Shown: positions 42,781 to 53,879, counted from the stretch's first letter. The stretch is 64,000 nt of DNA from an uncultured delta proteobacterium (GCA_963789265.1 CAWBKB010000003.1:224001-288000), one strand, 5' to 3'. Numbers and translations are program-made. Notes: generated by a model from the letters alone, not told the origin.

Positions 42781-43724
42781 GGATTGAGTACCAGATTCTT
42801 CTGGCTGTTACGTTAGATCTCATTGTCGGAGATCCTAGATGGATGCCGCACCCTGTGAAGCTGATTGGCCGGTTGGCCACGTTCGCGGAGACGCTGCTCC
42901 GGAGAATGATCAAGAATCTCCGCATAGCCGGAATTGCCACGGTCTTCCTGGTGGTGGGCACTACGATTCTCGCCACGTATGGCCTTATTTGCGGTGCCCG
43001 ATACGTGGACCCTTATGCGGGCGATTTGGTATCCATCCTCTTGCTTTGGACCGGCATCGCTGCAAAGGACATGGTCAGGCACAGTTCGGATGTTGTTGAT
43101 GCTCTGAATTCAGGCTCACTTACCGATGCGAGGCAACGGGTTGCGATGATTTGCGGCCGCGACACTGACAAATTGGATGAGTCGGATGTAGCTCGCGCAA
43201 CAGTGGAGAGTGTGGCGGAAAACATGGTAGATGGGATTGTTGCCCCGCTCTTCTATGCAGCGATCGGCGGGGCCGTCGGCATAATGGCTTATAAGGCGGT
43301 CAACACCCTCGACTCGACTTTCGGTTACAAGAATCAGAAATATCTGGAATTTGGATGGGCTTCGGCGAGGCTTGACGACATCGCAAACTTCATTCCTGCG
43401 CGGCTGACAGCCCTGTTGGTACTGCCGGCCGCGTTTTTATTACTTCAAAACCCCACCCGTTCGTTTAAAGTGTTTCTGCGTGATCGTTTAAAGCACCCGA
43501 GCCCCAACGCGGGACAGGCGGAAGCGGCAGTGGCCGGAGCACTCGGCATTCAGCTAGGGGGCTTGAGTTACTATTCCGGAATTCCTTCTAATAAGCCGCC
43601 ACTGGGAGATCCGTTGGCACCGGTGGGGCCGGAGCACGTTGCGCGAGCAAATGCTCTGCTACTCATGACCTCTGGACTGGCCCTGGCGTTTTTGTTGACT
43701 GCCAGGCTTTTGATCGTCGGCTAG
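42777..43724 (+). CDS. cbiB: Adenosylcobinamide-phosphate synthase
   Basis: [29 protein letters not shown]. Confidence 0.94.
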   Translation: MRIEYQILLAVTLDLIVGDPRWMPHPVKLIGRLATFAETLLRRMIKNLRIAGIATVFLVVGTTILATYGLICGARYVDPYAGDLVSILLLWTGIAAKDMVRHSSDVVDALNSGSLTDARQRVAMICGRDTDKLDESDVARATVESVAENMVDGIVAPLFYAAIGGAVGIMAYKAVNTLDSTFGYKNQKYLEFGWASARLDDIANFIPARLTALLVLPAAFLLLQNPTRSFKVFLRDRLKHPSPNAGQAEAAVAGALGIQLGGLSYYSGIPSNKPPLGDPLAPVGPEHVARANALLLMTSGLALAFLLTARLLIVG

Positions 43725-43758
43725 GATTGGACTTCTTGAAAGCGCTCTTCGCGAGATT

Positions 43759-45183
43759 TTGTTGGAGATGCATGTGAACGTTCCGTGCCCCAGAATCGTT
43801 ATAGCCGGTACCAACAGTGGGGTAGGCAAAACCTCTGTGACGCTCGCACTGGTCAGTGCGCTCAGGAGGCGTGGTCAAACTGTGCAGACCTTTAAGGTCG
43901 GTCCTGATTATCTTGACCCCACGTACCTGAGCCTCGCTTCGGGGAGACCGTGCTACAACCTAGATGGCTGGATGACCGGTGAGCCTTACGTACGGAATCT
44001 TTTTCTCGCAAAAGCATCAAATGCCGATGTTGCAGTAATCGAAGGGGTCATGGGGCTCTTCGACGGGAGTGACCCGGTGAATTCCACGGGTAGTACCGCA
44101 GAGATTGCCGCCTGGCTGGACGCGCCCGTTTTGTTGGTTGTAAACGCTCATGGAGTCGCGCGGAGCCTGGCAGCCCTGGTGAAAGGGTACGCGGAATTTG
44201 ACCCCGGCCTGAGAATTGCCGGCGTTGTCGTCAACCATTGCGGATCTGAGCGTCATGGAGAATGGCTGGCCGAATCGCTTAACGCGTTCGGACTCCCCCA
44301 GGCTGTGGCAGGCATCCCCCGTGGCGCCTTTCCTGACCTTTCGAGCCGCCATCTCGGGCTGGTAACCGCCAATTCCCGTAACCTGTCGCAAGAAGTCACG
44401 GAAGCGCTTGGAGAAGCACTGGAGCGCTACGGCCGCGTGGATGAAATCCTTAGAATCGCCCGATCCGCCCCTGCGATTCCGAATACTATCACTGCCCGAA
44501 AGGACCCGATGAATGCCGAACAATTGCGGTTGGGACTAGCCTACGACGCGGCTTTTCACTTTTACTATCAGGACAACCTTGAAGCCCTTGAAGACCACGG
44601 ATTCGAATTGATTCTTTTCTCTCCGATCGGGGACAATTTTCTACCCGAAAAGCTGGACTGCATTTATTTCGGAGGAGGATACCCCGAAGAACATGCTGAA
44701 GCCCTTGCCGGAAACACGCTCATGCTCGAATCGGTCAGGCAATTCGCGCGGACGGGTAGACCTGTCTATGCCGAGTGCGGGGGATTGATGTATCTGGCCC
44801 AGGGCATTGAGTGCAGCAACGGCCGACGCCATAATCTCGTCGGCAAGCTACCGCAGTGGACCAGGATGTCGGCTCAACTCAAAGCGCTTTCCTATGTGGA
44901 AGTCACTTTGGCGCAGGACTCGCTTTTGGGGAAACAGGGCGACAGACTCAGAGGTCACGAGTTCCATTACTCTGAGCTGATTGACGACACCGTCGTGCAG
45001 GAGGGATGGAGCCGCCCTTACCTTGTGAGCAGACGACGTTCGGGTGCAACTACACTGGAAGGATTTCAGAGTGGCAGCACAGTGGCAAGCTATGTTCACG
45101 CCCATTTCGCATCGCAACCAAGAGCGCTGGAGCATTTTGTGGCGGTTTGCGCTGCGAGTGGTGTACCAGAAGCCGCGATTTAG
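43759..45183 (+). CDS. cbiA: Cobyrinate a,c-diamide synthase
   Basis: SGVGKT, FKVGPDYLDP, EGVMGLFDG, GGYPE, AECGG, HEFHYS. Confidence 0.95.
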   Translation: MLEMHVNVPCPRIVIAGTNSGVGKTSVTLALVSALRRRGQTVQTFKVGPDYLDPTYLSLASGRPCYNLDGWMTGEPYVRNLFLAKASNADVAVIEGVMGLFDGSDPVNSTGSTAEIAAWLDAPVLLVVNAHGVARSLAALVKGYAEFDPGLRIAGVVVNHCGSERHGEWLAESLNAFGLPQAVAGIPRGAFPDLSSRHLGLVTANSRNLSQEVTEALGEALERYGRVDEILRIARSAPAIPNTITARKDPMNAEQLRLGLAYDAAFHFYYQDNLEALEDHGFELILFSPIGDNFLPEKLDCIYFGGGYPEEHAEALAGNTLMLESVRQFARTGRPVYAECGGLMYLAQGIECSNGRRHNLVGKLPQWTRMSAQLKALSYVEVTLAQDSLLGKQGDRLRGHEFHYSELIDDTVVQEGWSRPYLVSRRRSGATTLEGFQSGSTVASYVHAHFASQPRALEHFVAVCAASGVPEAAI

Positions 45184-45220
45184 CTGAAGACTGATGTGAG
45201 AGGCCTTGAAGTCGATGTAT

Positions 45221-45281
45221 TGGTGGGACAGGCATCTTGCCTGTCAATTCCGGATCGACAGGCAAGATGCCTGTCCCACCA
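45221..45281. repeat. REP-like perfect palindrome inside the cob operon
   Basis: tggtgggacaggcatcttgcctgtc ... gacaggcaagatgcctgtcccacca. Confidence 0.8.
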
Positions 45282-45314
45282 TGACAATTATAAAATGGAG
45301 CACTTAAGAAACCT

Positions 45315-46001
45315 ATGAACCTTACACCTTCGAATAGACCCCTCATTTACGCTCTGCACGAAGATCCCATGAGCCCGGAAGCGATCGAAGCCCGCTCTTT
45401 TGAAATCATCGAACAGGAGATTGAGACCCATTCGTTTTCTCCCGACCAGTGGAAGGTCGTGAGGCGCATATTGCATACCACTGCGGATTTTGGGTTGGTG
45501 GACTACGTGAAATTCTCAGACGACGCTATCGAATCAGCTATCACTGCGTTACGTTCCGGGAGTCCGATCTTTGTGGACTCGAACATGATCCGCTCAGGGC
45601 TCTCCCTGGCAAGGCTCAAACGAGTTTGTCCCAACTACGGGCCCGACGACCTCGTTTGTCATGTGGCAGACGAAGACGTCGCAAAAAAGGCTGCTGAGAG
45701 CGGACTGCCTCGTTCTCTTTTTGCCGTGCGTAAGGCTGCCGGCACCCTGGACCGTGGAATCGCCGTTTTCGGCAACGCGCCCGTGGCTCTGATGGAACTG
45801 AATCGCCTCATAATAGAAGAGGGCGTCAGACCGGCTATAGTCATAGCCATGCCTGTGGGATTTGTTCACGTGGTCGAAAGCAAGCAGGAGCTGATGTCTC
45901 TGGGAGTGCCCCACATTACGATCAGCGGTCGCAGAGGGGGCAGCCCCCTGGCGGTCAGCACGGTGCATGCGCTCTGCTCCCTGGCCGGTGAGCGGACGTG
46001 A
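45315..46001 (+). CDS. cbiC: Cobalt-precorrin-8 methylmutase
   Basis: IEARSFEII, HTTAD, GNAPVAL, PVGFV, GRRGGS. Confidence 0.93.
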   Translation: MNLTPSNRPLIYALHEDPMSPEAIEARSFEIIEQEIETHSFSPDQWKVVRRILHTTADFGLVDYVKFSDDAIESAITALRSGSPIFVDSNMIRSGLSLARLKRVCPNYGPDDLVCHVADEDVAKKAAESGLPRSLFAVRKAAGTLDRGIAVFGNAPVALMELNRLIIEEGVRPAIVIAMPVGFVHVVESKQELMSLGVPHITISGRRGGSPLAVSTVHALCSLAGERT

Positions 46002-46020
46002 CCGATAAGAGAGGTGTGGA

Positions 46021-46536
46021 ATGTCGAACGACTGCAACGGCAAGAGTGCCATTATACTTTTAGGCCATGGCAGCCGAGTACCCGATGCGGGTAAGCACAT
46101 GGAAAAAGTAGCTGCGGGACTCAAAGAAAAGTACGGCTATGACATGGTCGAAGTCTGCTACATGTCTCGCCTTGGGCCGCACTTGCCGGAAATTTTCATG
46201 AAGTGCATGGAGCACGGCGCAACTCACGTCATGGTTATCCCATACTTCTTGCACGACGGGCTGCACCTGGTTCTGGACATACCAGAGATGATGCAGGAAT
46301 TAGCTCACGACTACCCGGACGTGAAGGTTGTTTTGGGCAAGAACCTTGGATTTGACGAAACGCTTGTGGATCTGGTGGAACGGAGGATCATGGATTCCAA
46401 GGACCAGGGTGACGTGAGAGATCTCATGCTCCCCCCCAGGCAAAAATATCCTGTACCTCCAGGCCAATATGAGTTTGTGCAAATGGAGCCCGAAGAGGCG
46501 GCAAAATTTCTGAGGAAAGATGGTGACCACCAATGA
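46021..46536 (+). CDS. cbiX: Sirohydrochlorin cobaltochelatase, short CbiX type
   Basis: LLGHGSR, PYFLHDGLH..DIP. Confidence 0.88.
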   Translation: MSNDCNGKSAIILLGHGSRVPDAGKHMEKVAAGLKEKYGYDMVEVCYMSRLGPHLPEIFMKCMEHGATHVMVIPYFLHDGLHLVLDIPEMMQELAHDYPDVKVVLGKNLGFDETLVDLVERRIMDSKDQGDVRDLMLPPRQKYPVPPGQYEFVQMEPEEAAKFLRKDGDHQ

Positions 46537-47294
46537 GGAGAATTGTCATGACAAACCGCGTGCGGGCAATTGCTACCGTGGGGTTGGTACTTGCCGTCAT
46601 TGAGGCGGCCTCGGGACCGGCCTACGCAATGCATATCTCAGAAGGCATCTTGCCGGTGCAGTGGTGTTTACTTTGGTTTGTAATGGCCGCGCCTTTTGTG
46701 TTCTGGGGACTTCGCACTCTACGTGTTCGGAGCAAGGAAGAGCCGCACTTGAAAGCAATGGTAGGGCTGGTGGGGGCTGCGGTTTTCGTCATATCGTGCA
46801 TGCCCATCCCTGTTCCTACGGCAGGAACGTGCTCTCATCCCTGCGGTACCGGTATGGCTGCGATTCTCATCGGGCCTTCACTTACCGTAGTTGTGGCAAG
46901 CGTCGCCCTGTTACTACAGGCGTTGTTTCTCGGGCATGGAGGACTCACCACCTTGGGCGCTAACATAATGTCTATGGGCGTGATGGGAGCCTTCACAGGG
47001 TACGGCATTTTTGTTTTCGCCAAGCGGCTGGGAGTTCCGTGGATTGCGGCGGCTTTTATGGCCGGCTTACTGTCGGACTGGGTCGTGTACGCGGGAACGT
47101 CCTTCTTCCTGGCTACAGCTCTGCACGGAGACGGTTCAATGGTACGGATGTTTCTGACCATAGTCTTGGCTTTTGTCCCTACTCAGCTTCCCTTGGGGAT
47201 ACTGGAAGGGTTCATCACTGCCGGGGCATATCGTCTGATCCACAACCGCCGCCCGGAATTTCTTGGAGCACTTGCCGGAGGAGGCGCACTGTGA
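46533..47294 (+). CDS. cbiM: Cobalt ECF transporter S component
   Basis: Signal peptide then MHISEG, GTCSHPCG, HGGLTTLGAN. Confidence 0.93.
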   Translation: MRRIVMTNRVRAIATVGLVLAVIEAASGPAYAMHISEGILPVQWCLLWFVMAAPFVFWGLRTLRVRSKEEPHLKAMVGLVGAAVFVISCMPIPVPTAGTCSHPCGTGMAAILIGPSLTVVVASVALLLQALFLGHGGLTTLGANIMSMGVMGAFTGYGIFVFAKRLGVPWIAAAFMAGLLSDWVVYAGTSFFLATALHGDGSMVRMFLTIVLAFVPTQLPLGILEGFITAGAYRLIHNRRPEFLGALAGGGAL

Positions 47295-47575
47295 AGAAAG
47301 CAGTTGTTATCATGGCGCTTCTATTTGCTCCGGCCCTAACTGGGGCAATCGGCCTCACGGGCACACACGGCAAATGGCCGGGTGTTGACGAGGCTGTGGT
47401 GGAGAAGTTTGCCAAGGACGCGGGGCGGCCTGCTCGTGAGCCTTTCTTGAACTTCGGCGAGGGAGACGTCCAGCTTTTTCTCTTTCTCATCGCGGGGGCT
47501 GTGGGAGGATTTGTCGCAGGGTACTACTATCGGGACCTGTTCGCGCCCGGGGCGAGCAAAGTAAAGAATCCGTAA
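47291..47575 (+). CDS. Cobalt ECF transporter accessory subunit, CbiN-like
   Basis: GTG start overlapping the cbiM stop; two hydrophobic segments; WPGVDE..VVEK; lies between cbiM and cbiQ. Confidence 0.75.
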   Translation: MKKAVVIMALLFAPALTGAIGLTGTHGKWPGVDEAVVEKFAKDAGRPAREPFLNFGEGDVQLFLFLIAGAVGGFVAGYYYRDLFAPGASKVKNP

Positions 47576-47576
47576 G

Positions 47577-48353
47577 ATGTTTGAACTGTTTTCCGACATT
47601 TTTGCCTGCCGGGACAACGCACTGACGCGCATGGACCCACGTCCGAAAATGGTGATCGCTTTCACCTTGATCATTGCTGTTGTCCTTTCAGAACAGCCGT
47701 TTTTTCCGCTCCTTACGTTTGTAATGTGCACGGGCGGAATGCTTTGGCTGAAGATGCCCGCGAGGCTGGTCCTGGTGAGGCTTGTGATGCCAATGGGAAT
47801 CGTTGTGGTTCTGGTGGTCTTGCAGACTTTCCTCACAGGAGCGACCCCGCTTATATCATTCTCTTTTGCTGGATATCGTTTCACCGGAACCGAGGAAGGT
47901 CTGATGCGGGGCATGCTTCTGGGCTCTCGTGTCCTCGGCGCGGTTAGTGTGATGTTGCTGCTAAGCTCCGTGACGCCGGTATACAAGATCTTCGGTGCGA
48001 TGCAATGGTTCCGCGTTCCCGAGGGATGGGTCGAGATTGCTCTGCTAATCTATCGTTACACCTTTGTGCTGCTCGATCAGACCGCTGACATAGCCACAGC
48101 CCAGCGGGTCCGCCTCGGGTATTCGAGCCCCCGGCGTTCATTGTCGTCAGCGGGTGTGCTGGCAGGGACTGTTGTGGCTCGGTCCATGGATCAGGCCATG
48201 AGGACATACGAGGCAATGACTCTGCGAGGTTATCAAGGGCGTTTGCCGGTGGGCGTATTGCCGAATTTGAAGACCGCGGACTACTTTTCCATGTCGGCCG
48301 TTCCTGCGGCTACGTTCGTGCTTTACCTGATTGCGGAATGGTGGACGAAATGA
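47577..48353 (+). CDS. cbiQ: Cobalt ECF transporter T component
   Basis: DPRPK, IYRY, AQRVRLGY, AMTLRGY. Confidence 0.92.
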   Translation: MFELFSDIFACRDNALTRMDPRPKMVIAFTLIIAVVLSEQPFFPLLTFVMCTGGMLWLKMPARLVLVRLVMPMGIVVVLVVLQTFLTGATPLISFSFAGYRFTGTEEGLMRGMLLGSRVLGAVSVMLLLSSVTPVYKIFGAMQWFRVPEGWVEIALLIYRYTFVLLDQTADIATAQRVRLGYSSPRRSLSSAGVLAGTVVARSMDQAMRTYEAMTLRGYQGRLPVGVLPNLKTADYFSMSAVPAATFVLYLIAEWWTK

Positions 48354-49225
48354 GTAAACCGCCGGCTGTTCAGACATCAGGCGTGACGTTCACCTACCAG
48401 GAGGGGACTCGTGCCCTCGACAATGTGGACTTCTGGGCCGAGACCGGTGAGTTCGTTGCGATGCTCGCTTCCAATGGTTCCGGCAAAACAACCCTCATTA
48501 AGGTGTTGATCGGCCTGCTCAAACCTGAAAAAGGAATCGTTCGAATCGAGGGCTGCGATATCAGAAAGTTTTCTCGGAAAAACTTGTACCAGCGAGTGGG
48601 GCTGGTATTGCAAAACCCTGCGGATCAACTTTTTGCCGCAACAGTGGAGGAGGACGTCGCCTACGGGCCCAGGAATCTCGGACTGGCCGAGCCGGAGGTC
48701 CAGCGAAGAGTGGGTGAGGCATTGGAATGCGTCGCAGCCGCGGAGTTGCGTCCAAGGGCGATCCATCATTTGAGTTTTGGCGAGCAGAAGCGAGTTTCCA
48801 TGGCAGGGGTATTGGCTATGCGCCCTTCCACGTTGATACTCGATGAGCCTACCGCGGGCCTGGATCCCGCGGGCGAAGCCCTCATGATGCGGCTCTTGAA
48901 CCGGCTGAATCGTGAGCAGGGTATCACGGTGATTCTCGCCACCCATTCCGTAGACCTGTTGCCTCTTTTTGCCGACCGGATTTACGTGTTGCGCCGGGGC
49001 CGGGTGCTCAAGCAAGGCCCCGCGGATGAGATCTTCTGCGATCACGATATGATCGACCATGCCTGTCTAAGGCTTCCTTACATCGCGGGTCTACTTCACA
49101 AGATGAAGGAATATGACGGCGTTCCGATAAACGGGTTGCCTTTGACCATTGGCGAGGCCCGCATGCGCTTACTGGAACTTATTCCCGAAGACATGATCGT
49201 CAAGCCTCCCGAGGTAGTTCACTAA
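48350..49225 (+). CDS. cbiO: Cobalt ECF transporter ATPase
   Basis: SNGSGKTT, QNPADQ, LSFGEQKR, DEPTAGLD. Confidence 0.92.
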   Translation: MSKPPAVQTSGVTFTYQEGTRALDNVDFWAETGEFVAMLASNGSGKTTLIKVLIGLLKPEKGIVRIEGCDIRKFSRKNLYQRVGLVLQNPADQLFAATVEEDVAYGPRNLGLAEPEVQRRVGEALECVAAAELRPRAIHHLSFGEQKRVSMAGVLAMRPSTLILDEPTAGLDPAGEALMMRLLNRLNREQGITVILATHSVDLLPLFADRIYVLRRGRVLKQGPADEIFCDHDMIDHACLRLPYIAGLLHKMKEYDGVPINGLPLTIGEARMRLLELIPEDMIVKPPEVVH

Positions 49226-50280
49226 TGGCTTCCGGCCGGACCGGTTTCACAACGGGAACCTGTGCAGCAGCCGCAGCCAAAGCTGCGACAATGGCATTGT
49301 GCGGGCATTTGGTCTCTCCGGAAGTAGAGGTGGGCCTTCCCGGCGGCGTGCGAGTGAAATTGCCCACGGCGTGGACCAAAGGAGATTTCCATTCTGCGGA
49401 AGCAGCGGTGCTTAAGGACGCGGGAGACGATCCTGATGTTACGGACGGCTGCACGGTTATTGCGTCGGTTGCGTGGGCTGAAGGCAAGGATGTGGCAATT
49501 GCCGCCGGAGAAGGCGTGGGAACGGTCACCAAGCCCGGGCTCTCCGTGCTTCCAGGTGAGCCGGCCATCAATCCTGTTCCCAGGCGTATGATTCGGGACG
49601 CGATACGGGAAGTCACGAACCGCCCGGTACGGGTTACGATTTCTATCCCCGGTGGGGAAGCGCTTGCAGCAAAGACCTTCAACCCGCGCCTTGGAGTGGA
49701 AGGCGGCCTTTCGATTCTGGGTACATCGGGGATCGTGCGTCCCTTCAGCGGAACTGCTCTGCGGGACGCCCTCAAGTGCACTCTCAGCGTCGCTGAGGCA
49801 TGCCGTGTCAAGGCTCCGGTCCTTGTACCTGGTCGAATTGGTGAGAAAGCCGCACGACGCTATTTTCGAATCTCACCGGAGCAATTGATTGAAGTGAGCA
49901 ATGAATGGGGATTCATGCTCGATCAGGTCGCAGCGCGCAACTTCAGGCGATTGCTGGTATTGGGCCATCCTGGTAAGCTGGCAAAGCTGCCCGAGGGTCA
50001 GTGGGATACTCACTCCTCGCGATCGGCAAGTGCCGTTCCGGCAGTGGCTGATTTGGCAATTCGTCTTCTTGGAAAGACAGCGCCTGATTGCCCAACAGTG
50101 GAAGGGATTTTTGCAGCCTTGCCCGTCGCGGATCGCGGCCGGCTGGCGGCTGAATTAGCCGTCAAGATTCGGCGAGCAATCGATGCTCGCATTCGAGGGC
50201 GATACCCTACCGCGGTAGTCTTGGTGAACATTCGGAGTGAGTTGCTGGGATCCGACGGAGACCTACTCGCATGGCAATAG
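49225..50280 (+). CDS. cbiD: Cobalt-precorrin-5B C1-methyltransferase
   Basis: GFTTGTCA, KDAGDDPDVT, NPRLG..GGLSILGTSG, GHPGKL. Confidence 0.95.
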   Translation: MASGRTGFTTGTCAAAAAKAATMALCGHLVSPEVEVGLPGGVRVKLPTAWTKGDFHSAEAAVLKDAGDDPDVTDGCTVIASVAWAEGKDVAIAAGEGVGTVTKPGLSVLPGEPAINPVPRRMIRDAIREVTNRPVRVTISIPGGEALAAKTFNPRLGVEGGLSILGTSGIVRPFSGTALRDALKCTLSVAEACRVKAPVLVPGRIGEKAARRYFRISPEQLIEVSNEWGFMLDQVAARNFRRLLVLGHPGKLAKLPEGQWDTHSSRSASAVPAVADLAIRLLGKTAPDCPTVEGIFAALPVADRGRLAAELAVKIRRAIDARIRGRYPTAVVLVNIRSELLGSDGDLLAWQ

Positions 50281-50912
50281 GGCAAAAGTCTATTTATATC
50301 GTGGGCTGCGGCCCGGGATCGCCGGACTATCTCACCCCTGCCGCGCTGAGAGTCATTGAAGCGGCAGAGGTGTTGGTCGGAGCCGGGAGACTGCTGGAAC
50401 TTTTCCAGTCCGCGGCCGCGGAACGCGTGGCCGTGAGCACCAACACTGACGAGATTCTGGATTTTATGGCTTCCAAAGCAGACCATCAGCGGATCGCCGT
50501 GCTCGTCAGCGGCGATCCGGGCCTGTTCAGTTTAGCGAAGCTGGTAATCGAACGTTTTGGCCGCAGTCGTTGCAAAGTGATTCCCGGGGTCAGCTCGGTA
50601 CAGACCGCGTTCGCACGGATTGGAGTTGATTGGGCTGATGCACGTATCGTCAGTATTCACAAGCAGTATCCGCCAATAGATCCCCAACTGGCGGACGCGG
50701 ACAAGATCGCAGTTCTCTGCGGTCGCGAAGGCTCAACCAGATGGATTGCGGGCCATCTTTTGCAAGATAAACGATCAAGCCGTCGAGTGTTCATTTGTCA
50801 AAATCTCACTATGGATGACGAGCAAGTCCGAGAAGTTAACCCCTGTGATCTTGAGGTGTTGACTGTGCCGCCCAGCTCCATTGTTCTGATCGTCAAAGGA
50901 AACGTGTTTTGA
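50271..50912 (+). CDS. cbiE: Cobalt-precorrin-7 C5-methyltransferase
   Basis: VGCGPG, SGDPGLF, IPGVSS, VSIH. Confidence 0.88.
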   Translation: MAIGQKSIYIVGCGPGSPDYLTPAALRVIEAAEVLVGAGRLLELFQSAAAERVAVSTNTDEILDFMASKADHQRIAVLVSGDPGLFSLAKLVIERFGRSRCKVIPGVSSVQTAFARIGVDWADARIVSIHKQYPPIDPQLADADKIAVLCGREGSTRWIAGHLLQDKRSSRRVFICQNLTMDDEQVREVNPCDLEVLTVPPSSIVLIVKGNVF

Positions 50913-51640
50913 TGAGCCGAGGAAAGCTTTACGGAATCGGAGTGGGACCAGGTGATCCCGATCTCATCACAGTTAAGGGCGCGACTATCCTCGGGGAGTG
51001 CACTCACGTGTTTGTCCCGAAAGCTCGCAAAGGCGCGGAGAGTGTAGCACTGAGCATTGCGCAAAAGCACATAAATCCGAGAGCCGAGATTCACGAAATT
51101 CTTTTCCCCATGACAACGGATCGATCGGAACTCGAGAAACGCTGGGAAGAATCGGCCAGAGCTATTGCGGAAGTGCTCGAAACCGGTGTGGATGCCTGTT
51201 TTCTCACGCTTGGCGATACTTTGTTGTATTCTACGTACATCTACCTGCTGCGGGCGCTTCGCCGGAGAATCCCCAGCGTGGAAGTCGCTACGGTGCCGGG
51301 AATTACAGCGTTCAGCGCCGCGGCATCCCTGGCCGAATTCCCGGTAGGCGAGGCAAAGGAGCCGGTCACGATAATTCCCACCGCGGACGATCTCAAAGAC
51401 GTGCACCGCGCACTGTCCCTTGGAGGCACCGTGGTGTTGATGAAAATCGGCAAACGCCTCAACCAAATTCTAGATTTGCTCGAAGACGCCGGAGTTATGG
51501 AGCACAGCGTGTTTGTCTCTCACGCGGGAATGGAATCTCAACGCATTGAAACCGATCTTCGCAATCTACGCGGCGAGAATTCTGAAGCCGGCTACTTGTC
51601 GATCATACTTGTTCGAGGGAAAGGCGAGAAAACCAAGTGA
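50912..51640 (+). CDS. cbiL: Cobalt-precorrin-2 C20-methyltransferase
   Basis: [31 protein letters not shown]. Confidence 0.92.
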   Translation: MSRGKLYGIGVGPGDPDLITVKGATILGECTHVFVPKARKGAESVALSIAQKHINPRAEIHEILFPMTTDRSELEKRWEESARAIAEVLETGVDACFLTLGDTLLYSTYIYLLRALRRRIPSVEVATVPGITAFSAAASLAEFPVGEAKEPVTIIPTADDLKDVHRALSLGGTVVLMKIGKRLNQILDLLEDAGVMEHSVFVSHAGMESQRIETDLRNLRGENSEAGYLSIILVRGKGEKTK

Positions 51641-52396
51641 AAGTCTACTTCGTCGGTGCCGGTCCCGGTGACCCGGAACTGATGACAATTAAGGCCGAAC
51701 GATTGCTGCGTAACTGCCGCATCTGCGTGTACGCGGGTTCGCTGATAAGCACCGAGGTTTCTGGCTCTCCTTCCGGATAGCGCGGAAAAGCATGATTCCG
51801 CCGGCCTCAACCTTGAGGAGATCGGCCGTCTGTTCCGGGATGCTCACCAGAGAGGCATTGACCTAGTGAGGCTGCATTCCGGAGATCCATCGATATACGG
51901 AGCCATACGAGAACAGATGAATCTGCTGGATCAGTGGGGCATCGACTACGAGGTCATACCGGGAGTAAGCTCGTTTCAAGCTGCCGCAGCGGCCTTACGT
52001 GTTGAACTGACCGTGCCTGAAGTGGCTCAGACCATCATCCTGACCCGGACTTCCGGGCGCACAGCCCTGCCCCCGGAGCAGGAGCTTGATTTGCTGGCCC
52101 AAGCCCACGCCACGTTGTGTATTTTCCTGTCGGCTCACAAACTCGTCGAAGTGGCGGAAAAACTGGCCGAACATTACGGGCTGCATTGTCCGGTGGCCGT
52201 GGTACATCGCGCATCGTGGCCCGACCAGCGAATCTTTTGCGGTACGCTGGCTGATATTGCAGAAAAGACTCGATACGCAAAGATCAACAAGACTGCCATG
52301 ATTATCGTGGGTGCTGCCCTCTCGCGAGGGTCTCAAGCGTCCAAGCTTTATGACCCCGCATTCTCACACGAATACCGGATCGGGAAAAAAGCATGA
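51637..52396 (+). CDS. cbiF: Cobalt-precorrin-4 C11-methyltransferase (one frameshift near 51760)
   Basis: [24 protein letters not shown], then [25 protein letters not shown]. Confidence 0.92.
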
Positions 52397-53160
52397 TGAT
52401 GGCTCTGGTGAGTCTTTCCAATGAGGGGGCTATGCTTGCGGATGGCGTGCGCCGCGCCTTTCCTGATTCACAAATGTATTTGCACAAGAACGTGGAAGGA
52501 AAATGGGACGCTGAACGCTTTGGCTCCATTATGGAGCTTACCGAGCGCATTTTCGACAAATATACGGCTCTTGTGTACGTGGCTCCATGCGGAGTGGTTG
52601 TACGGGCCTTGTCCCCGAACCTCAAGAGCAAAACTCATGATCCTGCGGTAGTTGTCGTCGACGTGGGCGCTAGATGGGCAATCAGCCTGCTGAGCGGTCA
52701 TGAAGGCGGAGCCAACGAGCTTGCTGTTGCTATCGGGAACATCCTCGCTGCCGAACCGGTGATATCCACTACCACCGAGGCGCTGAAAAAAGTAATCGTC
52801 GGTATCGGGTGCCGTCGAGGGACTAAACCGGAAAAAATAGTGGCAGCGATCCAGGCAGGACTGAAAGAAGCGGATTTTAAGCTCTCGCAAGTGAGACTGC
52901 TCAGTTCCGCGAGCGTAAAGGCCGACGAAGAGGGATTGTTGGCCGCGGCCCGTGAGCTTGTAATCCCTTTGAGATTCATAGACGCGGACGAAATCAGAAA
53001 CTCAGTCCGCGAATTCGACCGTTCGCATTTTGTAGAGGAAAAAGTCGATTTGCCTGCTGTGGCAGAGCCCTGCGCTCTTCTCGCGGGAAGGAGGACAAGA
53101 TTAGTACTGCCGAAGAGAAGCTACAACGGCATAACGATAGCCGTGGCCGAGGAAGGCTGA
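52393..53160 (+). CDS. cbiG: Cobalt-precorrin-5A hydrolase
   Basis: DPAVVVVD, LLSGHEGGAN, GIGCRRG, VAEPCAL. Confidence 0.92.
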   Translation: MMMALVSLSNEGAMLADGVRRAFPDSQMYLHKNVEGKWDAERFGSIMELTERIFDKYTALVYVAPCGVVVRALSPNLKSKTHDPAVVVVDVGARWAISLLSGHEGGANELAVAIGNILAAEPVISTTTEALKKVIVGIGCRRGTKPEKIVAAIQAGLKEADFKLSQVRLLSSASVKADEEGLLAAARELVIPLRFIDADEIRNSVREFDRSHFVEEKVDLPAVAEPCALLAGRRTRLVLPKRSYNGITIAVAEEG

Positions 53161-53162
53161 TT

Positions 53163-53879
53163 GTGGTTGGGATCGGACCCGGAGGGCCTCTTGACAGGAC
53201 ACGGCGGGCCGAGCAAGCAATAGCCGAAAGCAACGTAGTTGTTGGGTACAAGCGTTATTTGGACCTCGTTGCGGATCTGACTAACGGCAAAGATCTAATT
53301 TCATCAGGTATGACCAAGGAGCGGGAGCGGTGCCTCGCTGCGATTCGTCGGGCAGAAGAAGGCGCGACTGTGGCTCTGATTTCGTCCGGCGACGCGGGCA
53401 TCTACGGTATGGCAGGTTTGGCCTTGGAACTGGCCGGCCGAGAGAGTCAGCCTATCCCTATCGAAATAATTCCCGGCGTTACAGCGGCCGGCGCAGCGGC
53501 GGCCAAGCTTGGCGCTCCTTTGATGCTTGACTTCGCATGCATTAGTCTAAGTGATATCCTAGTTCCCTGGGAAATGATACGGAAAAGACTGGAAGCCGTG
53601 GCTTCCGCGGATCTGGTGGCCGCGCTTTACAACCCGAGGAGCAAAAGGCGCACCCGTCGCCTGGAAGAAGCGGCATCCATATTCGGAGAGTACCGGGAAG
53701 GCACGACTCCCGTTGGAATCGGGACGGCCGTCGGCACTGAAGATGAAGAGATAATCCTGTCGGATCTCGACCATTTCCTGGACCTCAACATCAACATGAG
53801 GAGCGTGGTTGTCGTGGGGAATAAGTCATCCAAAGTCGTAGATGGATGGTTCATCACTCCGCGCGGTTACAAAATATGA
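53163..53879 (+). CDS. cbiH: Cobalt-precorrin-3 C17-methyltransferase
   Basis: GIGPG, SSGDAGIYGMA, GAPLMLDF, YNPRS, TPRGY. Confidence 0.93.
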   Translation: MVGIGPGGPLDRTRRAEQAIAESNVVVGYKRYLDLVADLTNGKDLISSGMTKERERCLAAIRRAEEGATVALISSGDAGIYGMAGLALELAGRESQPIPIEIIPGVTAAGAAAAKLGAPLMLDFACISLSDILVPWEMIRKRLEAVASADLVAALYNPRSKRRTRRLEEAASIFGEYREGTTPVGIGTAVGTEDEEIILSDLDHFLDLNINMRSVVVVGNKSSKVVDGWFITPRGYKI

